Source: an uncultured Ignavibacteriales bacterium (lineage in GTDB: Bacteria > Zixibacteria > MSB-5A5 > GN15 > FEB-12). From it: 64,000 nt of DNA. Both the position numbers and the translations under genes were made by a program. Numbering within the stretch: the stretch's first letter is position 1; each line of letters begins with the position of its first letter. Positions 26,299-36,227 of the stretch are shown here, one piece after another. Where the stretch lies: positions 30,338 through 94,337 of the forward strand of contig CAZFGK010000003.1 in the NCBI GenBank assembly GCA_964518635.1, in the 5' to 3' direction. The notes beneath the pieces are model-generated. The model ran no database searches and had not been told where the DNA came from. It saw only the letters and a program-made list of their open reading frames with translations.

Positions 26299-28713
26299 TT
26301 ATTGTGACTCCGAGAGAAACTCTGGAGGGAAGTGTGGATCCTGTTCGATCTCCGGTCTGGTTGGACCTGCATGCGACTTCATTCCCTTCACAGCCAACTC
26401 GCGCGCAGCATCTACATCACCAAGAAGTGAGTATGCTCGTGCAAGATTTTGAAGCACTTCCCCATTGTCTCCTGCGATGGCTCGAAGCTGCGCGGCTGCT
26501 TCATTGGCCTCCGGTCGTTTCAAGCTTGCGAGAATCAATACACGATAGGCCTCGACCTGCGGGTCAAATCCGGTGGTCGACAGAAGCTCTTCCACCCGGG
26601 CAAGACTTTTCAGATAGAGCGATTCTGCGGCAGGTTTATCTCCAGCGCGAGATTCAAGAAAGCCGAGGAGATACTCAGCTACAAATGGAAGATGATTCTG
26701 ATCAATCGATTCATGGAACATGCGCCGTGCGGTATCCAGGTCACCTAGTAGCATGTTGACATAACCAGCATCAATAAAACAGTTTGGATCACGCTGATAT
26801 CTGATACTCGATTTAAAATGAACGCGAGCCTGTTCAAGATTCCCCTGCTTCATGTAGGCGATGCCAAGATAGTAGTAAGCGCGACCATTATCCGGACCGA
26901 GTTCAATTGCACGATGCAGCGTTGCGACCGCAGGAGTAAATCGTCGCTGATCGATATTGATCAGACCAAGCAAGAGAAGAATGTCGAGATCATTCGGTGC
27001 GTGACGAAGGGCTCGTTGTGCCCAATCGGTTGCTTCGTCATAGAGCCCTTGCCCGCGCTTGAGCCAACCGATGGTCAGATAGCCGATGGCAAAGGTCGGA
27101 TCGGTCTCGATAGCTGTCAGAAAACTCCGTTCAGCATTTGCCGGATCTCCACTGAACATGTAATAGCGACCAAGAGCCCGATGCGCCTCCGGCAGAGTTG
27201 CATCAAGTTCAATCGCTCTCTCCGCGCTGACTTTTGCCGCCGCAATTCGTTCGGCTGAGCGATCGTAGTAGGTCATATACTGTGAGGTAGAAACATCAGC
27301 TAGTCCTGCATGTGCAGCAGCATAGTCGGGCTGTGCGTCAAGTGCTTGTTGAAACAACCGTCCGGCAAAGACCAGATCTTCGGCAGTATTTCTTTGATAG
27401 TAACTTCTCCCTTTCAGGTAGAAGTCATACGCAATCGCGTCAACGGGTCGACGATCGGTCTCACGTCGGCTCACCGTACCGGTTGCATCTGCCAATGCCT
27501 GAGCAATATCTCGTGAGGCGCGGTTCAAGAGACTAAACAGATCACTGCTCGGTCGTTCATAGGTCTGTCCAAAGACAACCCTTTCTCCAAGCTGCCCCAT
27601 GACGCTGATCTGCAGACGAATCTGATCCTGCCATTTCATCAGACTCCCGGAAACTACAAAATCGCAGCGGTACTGCTCAAATGCCTCGGTAATGTTACGA
27701 ATGATCTCGGTACCCGGCTCGGCACTGACGACCAGATCGGTGAGACGCGCAATCTCGCGAGTGGCATCTTCCGAAAAGCCACTGCAGACATAGTCCCATG
27801 AGCTGTCACCAGATAAATTCCGCAAGTCGAAGACGGTCACACGACGTTTGGGTCTGGTATAGGAACTTTCTTCAGCTGCCTGACGACCGGAACGTGATGC
27901 CGTAATGAAATCAACAATGCTGCTCGCTCGCTCAAAACGATTCTCCGGTTCTTTTGCAAGCAGGGTCATGATGAGCGGATCAATCCATTTGGGAAGATGA
28001 GGGCGAACTTCCACCGGAGGAATCGGGTCTTCGTGCAGAATGGAATAGACGATTCCTGCTGCGTAATCACTCTCAAATGGCAATATCCGGGTGAAGAGCT
28101 GATAGATGACAATGCCCAGACTGAACAAATCCGCAGAATGGCTGAGTGTAGTCCCGATCAGGTGTTCTGGGGATAGATAGTGCAGTGTCCCCTCAACAGT
28201 GGTTGCGTCATGCTCCTGGTCGGATTGAATGCGTCGGGCGAGACCGAAATCAAAAATCTTCACCATACCCGACGATGTAATCTTGATATTGTCCGGCTTG
28301 AGATCACGATGAATGAGTCCAGCGTCATGCGCCGCCTGAACTCCAGAGGCGATCTGGCAACAAAGATCGAGCAGTTGATTCAATGAATAGCCGGAAGTTG
28401 CGACCATGAGGTCATCCCCCCTGACATACTCCATTGAAATGTACGGCTGCCCCTGCCACACTCCCTGCTCCCAGATGCGCACGACATAAGGGGAATCAAT
28501 ACTCGCCGCAAGGCGGGCCTCACCTGCCAACTGTTTGTGAAACTGACTCTCTGACGAGGAACCTGTCTGGATGAGTTTGAGTGCTACCGTACGGTCAAGA
28601 TTGTCGACCGCTTCATAGACAACTCCCATCCCCCCTGCCCCAATCAGCCGAGTGATTCGAAAATGGGCGAATTGACTATCGGGTGGCAAAAGGGTCACGA
28701 TGCCAGGAGCCAA
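26299..28713 (-). CDS. Ser/Thr protein kinase with central alpha/beta domain and C-terminal TPR array
   Basis: GAGGMGVVYEA, VALK, HRDLKPDNIKI, DFGLAR and GTLHYLSPE. The C-terminal half consists of repeated TPR-like units. Confidence 0.9.
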   Translation of the reverse strand: MAPGIVTLLPPDSQFAHFRITRLIGAGGMGVVYEAVDNLDRTVALKLIQTGSSSESQFHKQLAGEARLAASIDSPYVVRIWEQGVWQGQPYISMEYVRGDDLMVATSGYSLNQLLDLCCQIASGVQAAHDAGLIHRDLKPDNIKITSSGMVKIFDFGLARRIQSDQEHDATTVEGTLHYLSPEHLIGTTLSHSADLFSLGIVIYQLFTRILPFESDYAAGIVYSILHEDPIPPVEVRPHLPKWIDPLIMTLLAKEPENRFERASSIVDFITASRSGRQAAEESSYTRPKRRVTVFDLRNLSGDSSWDYVCSGFSEDATREIARLTDLVVSAEPGTEIIRNITEAFEQYRCDFVVSGSLMKWQDQIRLQISVMGQLGERVVFGQTYERPSSDLFSLLNRASRDIAQALADATGTVSRRETDRRPVDAIAYDFYLKGRSYYQRNTAEDLVFAGRLFQQALDAQPDYAAAHAGLADVSTSQYMTYYDRSAERIAAAKVSAERAIELDATLPEAHRALGRYYMFSGDPANAERSFLTAIETDPTFAIGYLTIGWLKRGQGLYDEATDWAQRALRHAPNDLDILLLLGLINIDQRRFTPAVATLHRAIELGPDNGRAYYYLGIAYMKQGNLEQARVHFKSSIRYQRDPNCFIDAGYVNMLLGDLDTARRMFHESIDQNHLPFVAEYLLGFLESRAGDKPAAESLYLKSLARVEELLSTTGFDPQVEAYRVLILASLKRPEANEAAAQLRAIAGDNGEVLQNLARAYSLLGDVDAARELAVKGMKSHAGPTRPEIEQDPHFPPEFLSESQ

Positions 28714-28779
28714 TCAGCTAAGGGGCTGCTCATTGACTGAAGTCGGAATCGTCGGTAGTTTCTCTGAAGGGAAAAACTG

Positions 28780-30075
28780 ATGACAGAAGAACGAACAGGA
28801 ACTGGCGCAGATTCTACTGACCTGACGCGACTGAATCGTGCCTTGCAGGATGTCTCCTCTCTCAAAGACATCGCCGCGGCCATGAATTCGACCATGTCGG
28901 TAGAAGAGATTACGGGCATTGCCATCGACCAAAGTCTCCGCCGGGTTGGTGCGTCACAAGGAGCAGTCTTCCTGTTGTCGGAAGATGCCCGCGGGATCGA
29001 CAACTGCCGGACCTTTATCCGGAGAATCGAGCCCGGTACCAATGAATTGCCGTTCTCCCTTAATATGGAACTCCTGGGGTGGATGCTCAAGCACAAAGCA
29101 AAGCTGGTCAGCAATGACCCAAAGACCGACAAACGATTCCGCAGCGTCCAGTTTGAGAAACTTGGAATTCGATCTTTGATCGCCGTCCCTCTCACTTCGA
29201 TGCATGGATTGCTCGGTGCTCTGGTATTATTCAATAAACCTTCGGCAGACTTTGACGACGATGACGCTGGCTTTCTTGAAATTGTCGTGGTGCAGACGGC
29301 CAAGATTATTGAAAATGTCGGGCTTTTCCGAAAAGAGATGGCGGTACAGCAGGAACTCAAAATGGCACAGGAAATCCAGCAACGTTTCCTCCCGCGGCAG
29401 ATCGCCTCTGGTGGCTGGTATGATGTCTGCGCCGTGAATAAATCTGCCCGCGAAGTCGGCGGTGATTTTTATGATCTCTTTGTCATCAATCCGGACACGC
29501 TCTTTTTTTCAATTGGTGATGTCTCCGGAAAAGGGGTGCCTGCGGCGCTGGTGATGGCAAATGCGCAAGCGGTCGTTCGTTCACACCTCTTTGGGGTTGT
29601 AAGTCCAGACCTCGGTGAGTTGATCGGGAAGCTGAATCGACTCGTGCACGACCTTACGACCCCTGGTCAATATGTGACTGCCTTCTACGGCATTCTGAAC
29701 CGCGCCGATTTGCGCATACAGTTTGTTAATGCCGGACATCTCCCTGCTTTTATTGTGCGTACTGGGGAGATTCAAAGTGTGGGAGATGATTCTGATCCGG
29801 TCATCGGAGTGCTGCCTGACTATGCCTATCGTACGCAGGTAGTAAGTATGAAGCTGGATGAGACACTATTGTTGTATACCGACGGCGTCACCGAATGTAC
29901 CAATCGAGCGGGTGAAATGTACGAGTCTGAACGTCTGCAAGAAGTGCTGATCGCATCGGCCAATCTACCCCTCACTTCCTTGTCCGAAAATTTGCAGAAT
30001 TCTCTCAATGATTTCCGCCAGGATGCCGAGCAGTCCGACGATATCACCTATCTCGGACTGCGACCGCATTCCTGA
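28780..30075 (+). CDS. GAF-domain PP2C/SpoIIE-family protein phosphatase
   Basis: N-terminal GAF region, then GGDFYDLF, GDVSGKGVPAALVMA, TDGVTE and SDDITYLGL. Divergent from the kinase across 66 bp. Confidence 0.85.
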   Translation: MTEERTGTGADSTDLTRLNRALQDVSSLKDIAAAMNSTMSVEEITGIAIDQSLRRVGASQGAVFLLSEDARGIDNCRTFIRRIEPGTNELPFSLNMELLGWMLKHKAKLVSNDPKTDKRFRSVQFEKLGIRSLIAVPLTSMHGLLGALVLFNKPSADFDDDDAGFLEIVVVQTAKIIENVGLFRKEMAVQQELKMAQEIQQRFLPRQIASGGWYDVCAVNKSAREVGGDFYDLFVINPDTLFFSIGDVSGKGVPAALVMANAQAVVRSHLFGVVSPDLGELIGKLNRLVHDLTTPGQYVTAFYGILNRADLRIQFVNAGHLPAFIVRTGEIQSVGDDSDPVIGVLPDYAYRTQVVSMKLDETLLLYTDGVTECTNRAGEMYESERLQEVLIASANLPLTSLSENLQNSLNDFRQDAEQSDDITYLGLRPHS

Positions 30076-30077
30076 TA

Positions 30078-30102
30078 GTCGGGTGCATCTCCTGCACCCG
30101 AC
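30078..30102. terminator. Hairpin terminator between convergent genes
   Basis: gtcgggtgca-tctcc-tgcacccgac forms a perfect 10-bp stem. It starts 3 nt after the phosphatase stop and is followed by ttcttgctc. Confidence 0.65.
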
Positions 30103-30135
30103 TTCTTGCTCATGAGCGCATAACGCTCGAACTTC

Positions 30136-33100
30136 CTACTGACAATTCGCCAACGGCGCAAAGCTGATAAACAAATGATCAACCAAAGCGGTCAGATCAC
30201 CGATATCAATGCCCGGATTGCCGTCGCAGTTGCCTTCAGACGCACAGCACAACGGCGTAAAGCTGATAAACAGGTGATCAACCAGAATAGTCAGATCAGC
30301 AATGTCGACACTCTGAGTTCCGTCACAGTCCGCATTGCCAGTTGTACCCACACAACATCCGAGCGTCGCAATATACAATGCACTCGCGATTGAGAATGGA
30401 TTGTCGCCAAATGCCACTCGCCAGTAATAAACTGAATCAGCCGCCAACGGAATCGGAATCTGAAATGCCGGAGATGCCAGCCCAAACGAATCAATAAACG
30501 TCGTGCGGAAGTCGTGATAGGCACTGAGCTGAATGCGATAGGTGATCGCTAATGCTCGCTGTGGTGCGTGATCAGTATCCCAGCTCAGATTTGGCTGGGC
30601 CGTATTGACTGGCACACCACTGCCGGGAGTGGTCTTGTCCGGATACTGAAATGGGAAGTGGACCGTATCGCCGGGGTTGGTACTCCCCGGATTGTAGTTC
30701 TGAAACACCGTGCGTTCCTGAAACCCGTTGATCCCAATACCGACATCAAGACGAACTGGACCCATTGGCGCGGGACGAAAACCGGCGGTAATATCATACT
30801 CGCCGTCAATGAGATTATAGTTGAAGGCGCGATCATCAAGCTGACCATTGACATTGAAATCAACGCGCCCATAGTCTGAACCGGCAATCGACTGAAGATT
30901 GTCTGAGACAATCAGGCCGTTCGGATCGACAATCGACAGGAAGGCATTGTCAAATGCGGTCACGACCATCTCTTCGGGGAGGATTGCGCCTGCTGCTGCC
31001 TGATTGATGGCGAGGATGATACTATTCCCGCCAGTACCGCCAGCAACAAGGTCGATATTCCCATTTCTATCAAGATCACCACCGGATAAGCCATACAGTG
31101 CTCCAGATCCGGTCCCGAGATCGATCGTCGTTTCGAACGTAAACGTTCCGGTATTGTCACCGCGGTAGATCACCAGATCGCGTGTGTCGGCAGTAATGAT
31201 GGTGATATCCAGATCATTATCGAGGTCGATATCGCTGACGGTAAAGTTCAGTCCACGTCCGGTGATACGAATGGTATCACTTGGTGTCACTGTACCAAGA
31301 CCGTTTCCAAGGGCGGCCGTGACGATGGTCGTGTCATTTGCACCAGTGCTGTTGCCCGCGATGGTGACGATATCTGCCTTCCCATCCTGATTGAGATCGA
31401 CAGAGCTCCGGACGCGAGTGAAATCGGTCACGAATGGTCGGAGCTGAATTTCGCCGGTACGAGTGAAGACTCCTGAACCGTTATTGGTATAGACAACGGC
31501 TGAATCTACGCGTGTCACGACGATATCGTCGATGTAGTCATTGTTGAAATCAGCCACATCGACATCGTCAAAGCTGAACGGAAGAGTAGTCGGAGCAGCA
31601 TAGCCACCGACTCCATCACCGAAGATGAGTCTGTTTTGCGAGAGAATCAGATCGAGATCGGAGCCGCTGTTGAAATAGCCACTCGCGACCGACGGAAACT
31701 GTGTGCTCGCAGCATCGAATACTTCTCGCGCAAGTGGCAACGAACTGACACTGAAATTCCGGCTGCCGAGATTGAGCAGCGTGTAGAGCTGAGTCGAGGT
31801 TCGCGCCATAATATCCAGCAGCGTGTCATTATTCAGATAGTCGATAGTAATATCCGCGCGCTGAATGTCTGCAAGCGCGATCGGTGATTCAAGGGTGCCA
31901 TCCGGTTTGCCGAAGGAAACAAACAGAGAGTCAGCGGTCGTGCCGGTGAAGACAAAATCCTGACGGTTGTCGCGATCCAGATCGGCCTCTTCAATGAAAA
32001 AGACATCGGCAGTGTCGGCGGTAGGTGTGACAGAAAAGGAAGGGATTCTCACTTGCACGCATTGAGAGAACTCGGAAGTATTTCCTTCGCTGTCTGTCGC
32101 CGTTGAAGTGATAAACGCACCTATTGATACTTCAGAAGGAACAATCACTTCAAAGGTAACATCCCCACTGCCGTTTGTTGACTGCAGCGAACTAAGAAGA
32201 GGAGTTTCCCCTTCGCCGTAGCCAGATGAGTCACAAACGGAGTTTGAGTAGAAGAATAGGCGGTAGGTCTGCGATGCCTCGCTGTTCAGTTTGCCGTAGA
32301 GATGAGTCGAACCGCCGATAACAATCGCGCTATCGAGTATCGGATAGTTCTGCTGGTCGTTTTCCCCGCTGTCGATGTCAAGAAGATCGTTGGCAGTTGG
32401 TACACCAAATGTTGCAAGAGAAATCCCAAGCAAACCATTAGAGTGAATCGAGTTATTTTGTATGCGAATGGACTTTCGATCTGGTCCCGCTGCAAATCCA
32501 ATCCCGTTTCTTTGGGCATTCATGATTGTATTACCGGAGTCTGTTGTGAGTCCGCCGATGTGTATTGTATCCGCACTCTGGACAAATTTGAAACCAAAGT
32601 CAGACTCAAATCCAGGATCTAGGGCTCCATTGGATCCAATGATATTTCCGATTATGCGAATGTGTCGAGGTGGTCGTAGTGCCGAGCTGCCAATCTGTAT
32701 AGCTGGAGAGAAGGTATCACCAACTATGAAGTTTCTTTGAGATTCCAGTGGTCCGCCGACGATTAGGTCTCTCGCTCCCTTGATATCAAGGCCTGGCCCT
32801 CCATTTGAAAGCTGTGATTCCATCTCTCGATCCATGCCGATGATGTTGCCGTGAAAGATACAACCTGAACCACTGTCTGCAACATATACCCCTGAACTTG
32901 CATTTGCCGCGAACACATTTCGTCGGTCTGATCCCGGAGTTCCGATTTCGCAACCTCTTGCATCTACATAAATTCCATAGAATGTATTTCCGCGAGCAGT
33001 CGTTCCGGTGGGATCGGTCCCTACGTAGCAACCAGTGACAATCGAACTATCCGCATTTTGGGTGAGATGAATGCCAAAGAATCCGTTGCTCGACACGACG

Positions 33101-34503
33101 CAGTCAGTGATCGTTATGCCATCAAATGATGCTTCTATTCCTGTCGAGCCGTTTCCGGCGGCAGTTCCGTCCGGTTTGAGGCCGATGATACAATTAGTAA
33201 TAGTTGATCGGACTCCGGATGAGTGGAAAACGGCAATACCATTTGCTGTGTTCCCGGATACATAGCAGGTCGCGTCTACGTCACCAATGTTGCTCGATTG
33301 TATTGCGACGCCGATGCCATGATTTCCGTTTGGAATTGTTGCCGTTCCGGTCTTGTTGAGCCCAATGTAGTTGGAAAGGACAGTTGAGGAATTGTAGAGT
33401 TCTAGCCCATCATCGCCATTGCCTGAAATGACATTTCGTTTTGCTAGTTCACTGTCTAGCCCGCCGATGACACTTCCGGTCCCCAGTACCCAGATGCCGA
33501 ATCGACCATTGAAACGTTCTTCAGTGCCAGCGGCATTTGTGCCAATCAAATTCCCGGTTACTATTGATGAATCCCCATTGATAACGATCCCGTCAATTGT
33601 GTTACCTGAGACGACGTTGTCTGTGAGGATCGCAAAGTCACCAGACACTGAAACTCCATTGGCGTCGTTACCCAGGCTAAGCGTACCGCTTGTATCCACG
33701 CCAACGTGATTCCCGACAATTGTGCAAGAGTCTGCACCAACCTGAAGGTCAATGCCGTTGACAGAATTGGAGGAAATCACATTGCGTTCTTCGACTGCTT
33801 CGCCGCCGATGGTGGCATGCTTTGCTGTTACATAGACTCCAGAACCAGTGTTGCTTACGGCTGAAGTGCCCGTAAGATTGGTTCCGATAAAGCTCCCCTG
33901 AACAACACAACTCTCTGCAGCAATGAGCACACCCTGCGTTCCATACGTCTGAACAATCATGCGCGCAGCTGCTGAGCTTCCGCCGACACGACATGCGTTG
34001 GCATTTAACTCAATTGCACCACCACTTGCGTTGCTTACGACGCACCCCTCTATGCTACAATCACGCGAATTGAACGCTACTCCGCGTGGACTTCCTGCTC
34101 CACCGGAAATTATTCTGAGACCCTTGATTAGGGTACCCGCACCGGTGACTTCGAACACCGGGTTAGGCGGTCCGCCTGTCTTACTAACTATAATATTGAA
34201 GACTGCGTTGTTGCCGGTTGGCAGGGTGTTCGCACTCGACCCTGGCTCTGTAAAACCATTGATAGTCACCTGATCGGTTATGAAAAAGGAGGAGTTAGTA
34301 GTAATGGTGTGCGGTCCGGCACCTGCAATTGCAAATTTGATCGTGTCCGGACCACCGACATTCACGGTACTGTTTGCCGTGTCGATCGCCTTGGCAAGAG
34401 AACCGGCTCCGCTGGAAGCTGTGTTTGTAACGGTGAACACCGAAGCGGCTTCAGATGGACTGGAAATTGCAAGCAGCAATCCCAATAAGAGCAAGAAAGC
34501 CAT
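30136..34503 (-). CDS. Giant secreted protein: right-handed beta-helix (PbH1/CASH) repeats, FG-GAP/VCBS-like repeats, C-terminal dockerin-like pair
   Basis: Start placed at ATG 34503 (MAFLLLLGLLLAISSPSEA signal); the ORF track starts at 34608. N-terminal TVTNTASSGAGSLAKAIDTAN. Many NxIxGNxxxGI-type turns. DIDSGENDQQNYPIL. Ca-loop-like DLDRDNRQDFVF, DLNQDGKADIV and DLDRNGNIDLV. The C-terminus has a duplicated DCDG...DIADLTxLVDHLFISF unit. Confidence 0.8.
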   Translation of the reverse strand: MAFLLLLGLLLAISSPSEAASVFTVTNTASSGAGSLAKAIDTANSTVNVGGPDTIKFAIAGAGPHTITTNSSFFITDQVTINGFTEPGSSANTLPTGNNAVFNIIVSKTGGPPNPVFEVTGAGTLIKGLRIISGGAGSPRGVAFNSRDCSIEGCVVSNASGGAIELNANACRVGGSSAAARMIVQTYGTQGVLIAAESCVVQGSFIGTNLTGTSAVSNTGSGVYVTAKHATIGGEAVEERNVISSNSVNGIDLQVGADSCTIVGNHVGVDTSGTLSLGNDANGVSVSGDFAILTDNVVSGNTIDGIVINGDSSIVTGNLIGTNAAGTEERFNGRFGIWVLGTGSVIGGLDSELAKRNVISGNGDDGLELYNSSTVLSNYIGLNKTGTATIPNGNHGIGVAIQSSNIGDVDATCYVSGNTANGIAVFHSSGVRSTITNCIIGLKPDGTAAGNGSTGIEASFDGITITDCVVSSNGFFGIHLTQNADSSIVTGCYVGTDPTGTTARGNTFYGIYVDARGCEIGTPGSDRRNVFAANASSGVYVADSGSGCIFHGNIIGMDREMESQLSNGGPGLDIKGARDLIVGGPLESQRNFIVGDTFSPAIQIGSSALRPPRHIRIIGNIIGSNGALDPGFESDFGFKFVQSADTIHIGGLTTDSGNTIMNAQRNGIGFAAGPDRKSIRIQNNSIHSNGLLGISLATFGVPTANDLLDIDSGENDQQNYPILDSAIVIGGSTHLYGKLNSEASQTYRLFFYSNSVCDSSGYGEGETPLLSSLQSTNGSGDVTFEVIVPSEVSIGAFITSTATDSEGNTSEFSQCVQVRIPSFSVTPTADTADVFFIEEADLDRDNRQDFVFTGTTADSLFVSFGKPDGTLESPIALADIQRADITIDYLNNDTLLDIMARTSTQLYTLLNLGSRNFSVSSLPLAREVFDAASTQFPSVASGYFNSGSDLDLILSQNRLIFGDGVGGYAAPTTLPFSFDDVDVADFNNDYIDDIVVTRVDSAVVYTNNGSGVFTRTGEIQLRPFVTDFTRVRSSVDLNQDGKADIVTIAGNSTGANDTTIVTAALGNGLGTVTPSDTIRITGRGLNFTVSDIDLDNDLDITIITADTRDLVIYRGDNTGTFTFETTIDLGTGSGALYGLSGGDLDRNGNIDLVAGGTGGNSIILAINQAAAGAILPEEMVVTAFDNAFLSIVDPNGLIVSDNLQSIAGSDYGRVDFNVNGQLDDRAFNYNLIDGEYDITAGFRPAPMGPVRLDVGIGINGFQERTVFQNYNPGSTNPGDTVHFPFQYPDKTTPGSGVPVNTAQPNLSWDTDHAPQRALAITYRIQLSAYHDFRTTFIDSFGLASPAFQIPIPLAADSVYYWRVAFGDNPFSIASALYIATLGCCVGTTGNADCDGTQSVDIADLTILVDHLFISFTPLCCASEGNCDGNPGIDIGDLTALVDHLFISFAPLANCQ
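30151..30357 (-). repeat. Tandem coding repeat (99-nt period) encoding two dockerin-like EF-hand modules
   Basis: aacggcgYaaagctgataaaca recurs at 30152 and 30251. The protein units are CCVGTTGNADCDGTQSVDIADLTILVDHLFISFTPL and CCASEGNCDGNPGIDIGDLTALVDHLFISFAPL. Confidence 0.8.
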
Positions 34504-34728
34504 GAATGATTGAGATTGATGGGAAGATTTGAAACCCACTACCTGACTCCGATCTCTTTTCGAGAATGAGCTGCTCATTCGGCTCTCGCTTGCGCGACGC
34601 CGGACCAATTTTTGGAGTATACCTCAGGATGTCAGACTTGTCAAGCTATCCTATTGCAGGACAACAGGCTGCGAGGTAAGAAGTTACGATTTGCCGTTCT
34701 AGGATATCGTGGAATGATGTAGCGACGG

Positions 34729-34926
34729 CTACTTAGATCTACCGTTGAGTATTCGTGACGGAAAAAGAAAAATGGCGCGAATGAATTCGAAGACTCCCTC
34801 AATTACGATGCCGAGCAGCCGAAAAGGCAACAGCAGCAACCAGAGAATCGGACTGAGAATCAAGAGAATCAACGCCAGCGGCCAGCAGATGATCAGAAGA
34901 AGAACCCAGAGGATAATCGTCAACAT
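34729..34926 (-). CDS. Small hydrophobic membrane protein (65 aa), upstream of the giant protein gene
   Basis: Two TM-like stretches: ILWVLLLIICWPLALILLILSPILWLLLLPF and GIVIEGVFEFIRAIFLF. No homolog recognised. Confidence 0.35.
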   Translation of the reverse strand: MLTIILWVLLLIICWPLALILLILSPILWLLLLPFRLLGIVIEGVFEFIRAIFLFPSRILNGRSK

Positions 34927-35079
34927 GCCTACATAACGAAAATCTCAGACCAATGTTTCATGAAAGCGAAATACTCTACTACCCAGTACTGCATTGTCTG
35001 CATTTCATTTGGAACTGTTTGTTTTTCACACGCCGCGAGCTATATTCTCATTTGCGAATGAGAGATTCGCACTGTTGTC

Positions 35080-36138
35080 ATGACACTCGTCAAAAACATC
35101 CCCGCGATTGCAAAACCGAATCGAAAACTACATGGTGTTCAGTCGCTGCGATTCTATGCCCAGCTATTTTCGCTGATGCTGAATATTCTCATCGGCATTC
35201 AGTTTTATATCTGGGTACTACATCTTGAATCTCCATATTCAACCCTCGCAGTGAGCAGACCACCCGGAGTTGAGGGATGGCTCCCGATCGGTGCGCTCGT
35301 TTCGGTCCGACATTTTTTTGAAACCGGGATCATCAATGAAATTCACCCCTCCGGTTTTATCATCTTTGCGACAATCCTCGTGACCTCGTTTATTTTCAGG
35401 CGTGCATTTTGTTCCTGGATTTGCCCCATTGGATTTATCTCTGAAATGCTTGGAGATATTTCTGATCGAGTCTTTGGCAGGAGACTCAAACTTCCGTCCT
35501 GGCTCGACTGGCCGCTACGATCACTGAAATATCTGCTCCTCCTCTTCTTTGCCTGGGCGATTTTCTTTCAGATGACTCCGGCTGCGATCAAGTCATTTGT
35601 CTATTCTGATTACAACGTTGTATCCGATCTGCTCATGCTGAGATTCTTTACCGACATCTCTATGCTATCTCTTGGAGTGATCAGTTTTCTCTTTCTCATG
35701 TCGCTGATCATTCGCGGATTCTGGTGCCGGTATTTGTGTCCCTATGGTGCACTGGTCGGCATCGCCGGTTTTTTCTCCCCGACCCGTATCACCCGCAACA
35801 GCAGCAGTTGTATCGACTGCGCAGTCTGCACCCGTGTCTGTCCGTCATTTATCAAGATCAAGAACGTGAAGCAGGTCTGGTCGGATGAATGTACCGGCTG
35901 CATGGCGTGTGTTGATTCCTGCCCTGTCTCGAATACCATTCAAATTGCCGGACACCGGAAATTTCGACTCAGTTCAAAACAGTGGGCGGTCGCGATGCTG
36001 GTTTTCTTCTGGGGAACACTGTTCACCGTGAAGCTCTTTGGGCCGTGGGAGAATGGTGTCAGTGACGAACGGTACCGTCAAATGCTTCCCGGCGTCGAAC
36101 AGGGGGCGTTCGCTCACCCCGGCGCGGATGGGAAGTAG
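35080..36138 (+). CDS. NapH/NosH/MauN (YccM)-type membrane-bound 4Fe-4S protein
   Basis: Two membrane-proximal CxxxCP motifs (FCSWICPIGF and WCRYLCPYGA) plus a C-terminal 2x[4Fe-4S] region (CIDCAVCTRVCP and CTGCMACVDSCP). Confidence 0.8.
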   Translation: MTLVKNIPAIAKPNRKLHGVQSLRFYAQLFSLMLNILIGIQFYIWVLHLESPYSTLAVSRPPGVEGWLPIGALVSVRHFFETGIINEIHPSGFIIFATILVTSFIFRRAFCSWICPIGFISEMLGDISDRVFGRRLKLPSWLDWPLRSLKYLLLLFFAWAIFFQMTPAAIKSFVYSDYNVVSDLLMLRFFTDISMLSLGVISFLFLMSLIIRGFWCRYLCPYGALVGIAGFFSPTRITRNSSSCIDCAVCTRVCPSFIKIKNVKQVWSDECTGCMACVDSCPVSNTIQIAGHRKFRLSSKQWAVAMLVFFWGTLFTVKLFGPWENGVSDERYRQMLPGVEQGAFAHPGADGK

Positions 36139-36227
36139 GAAATTCTCCCTTTCGTCAGTTTTTTTTCAATACGTGAAGTTTTGTGACGATCTCCGAGGAC
36201 TGATGCGGTATAACTACGGCACGAAAG

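Noticed and set aside
28695-29360. 221-aa ORF spanning the kinase start and the 5' part of the phosphatase gene on the opposite strand
   Set aside because: The translation is Ser/Arg-rich and low-complexity. It overlaps two well-supported genes and their shared promoter region.
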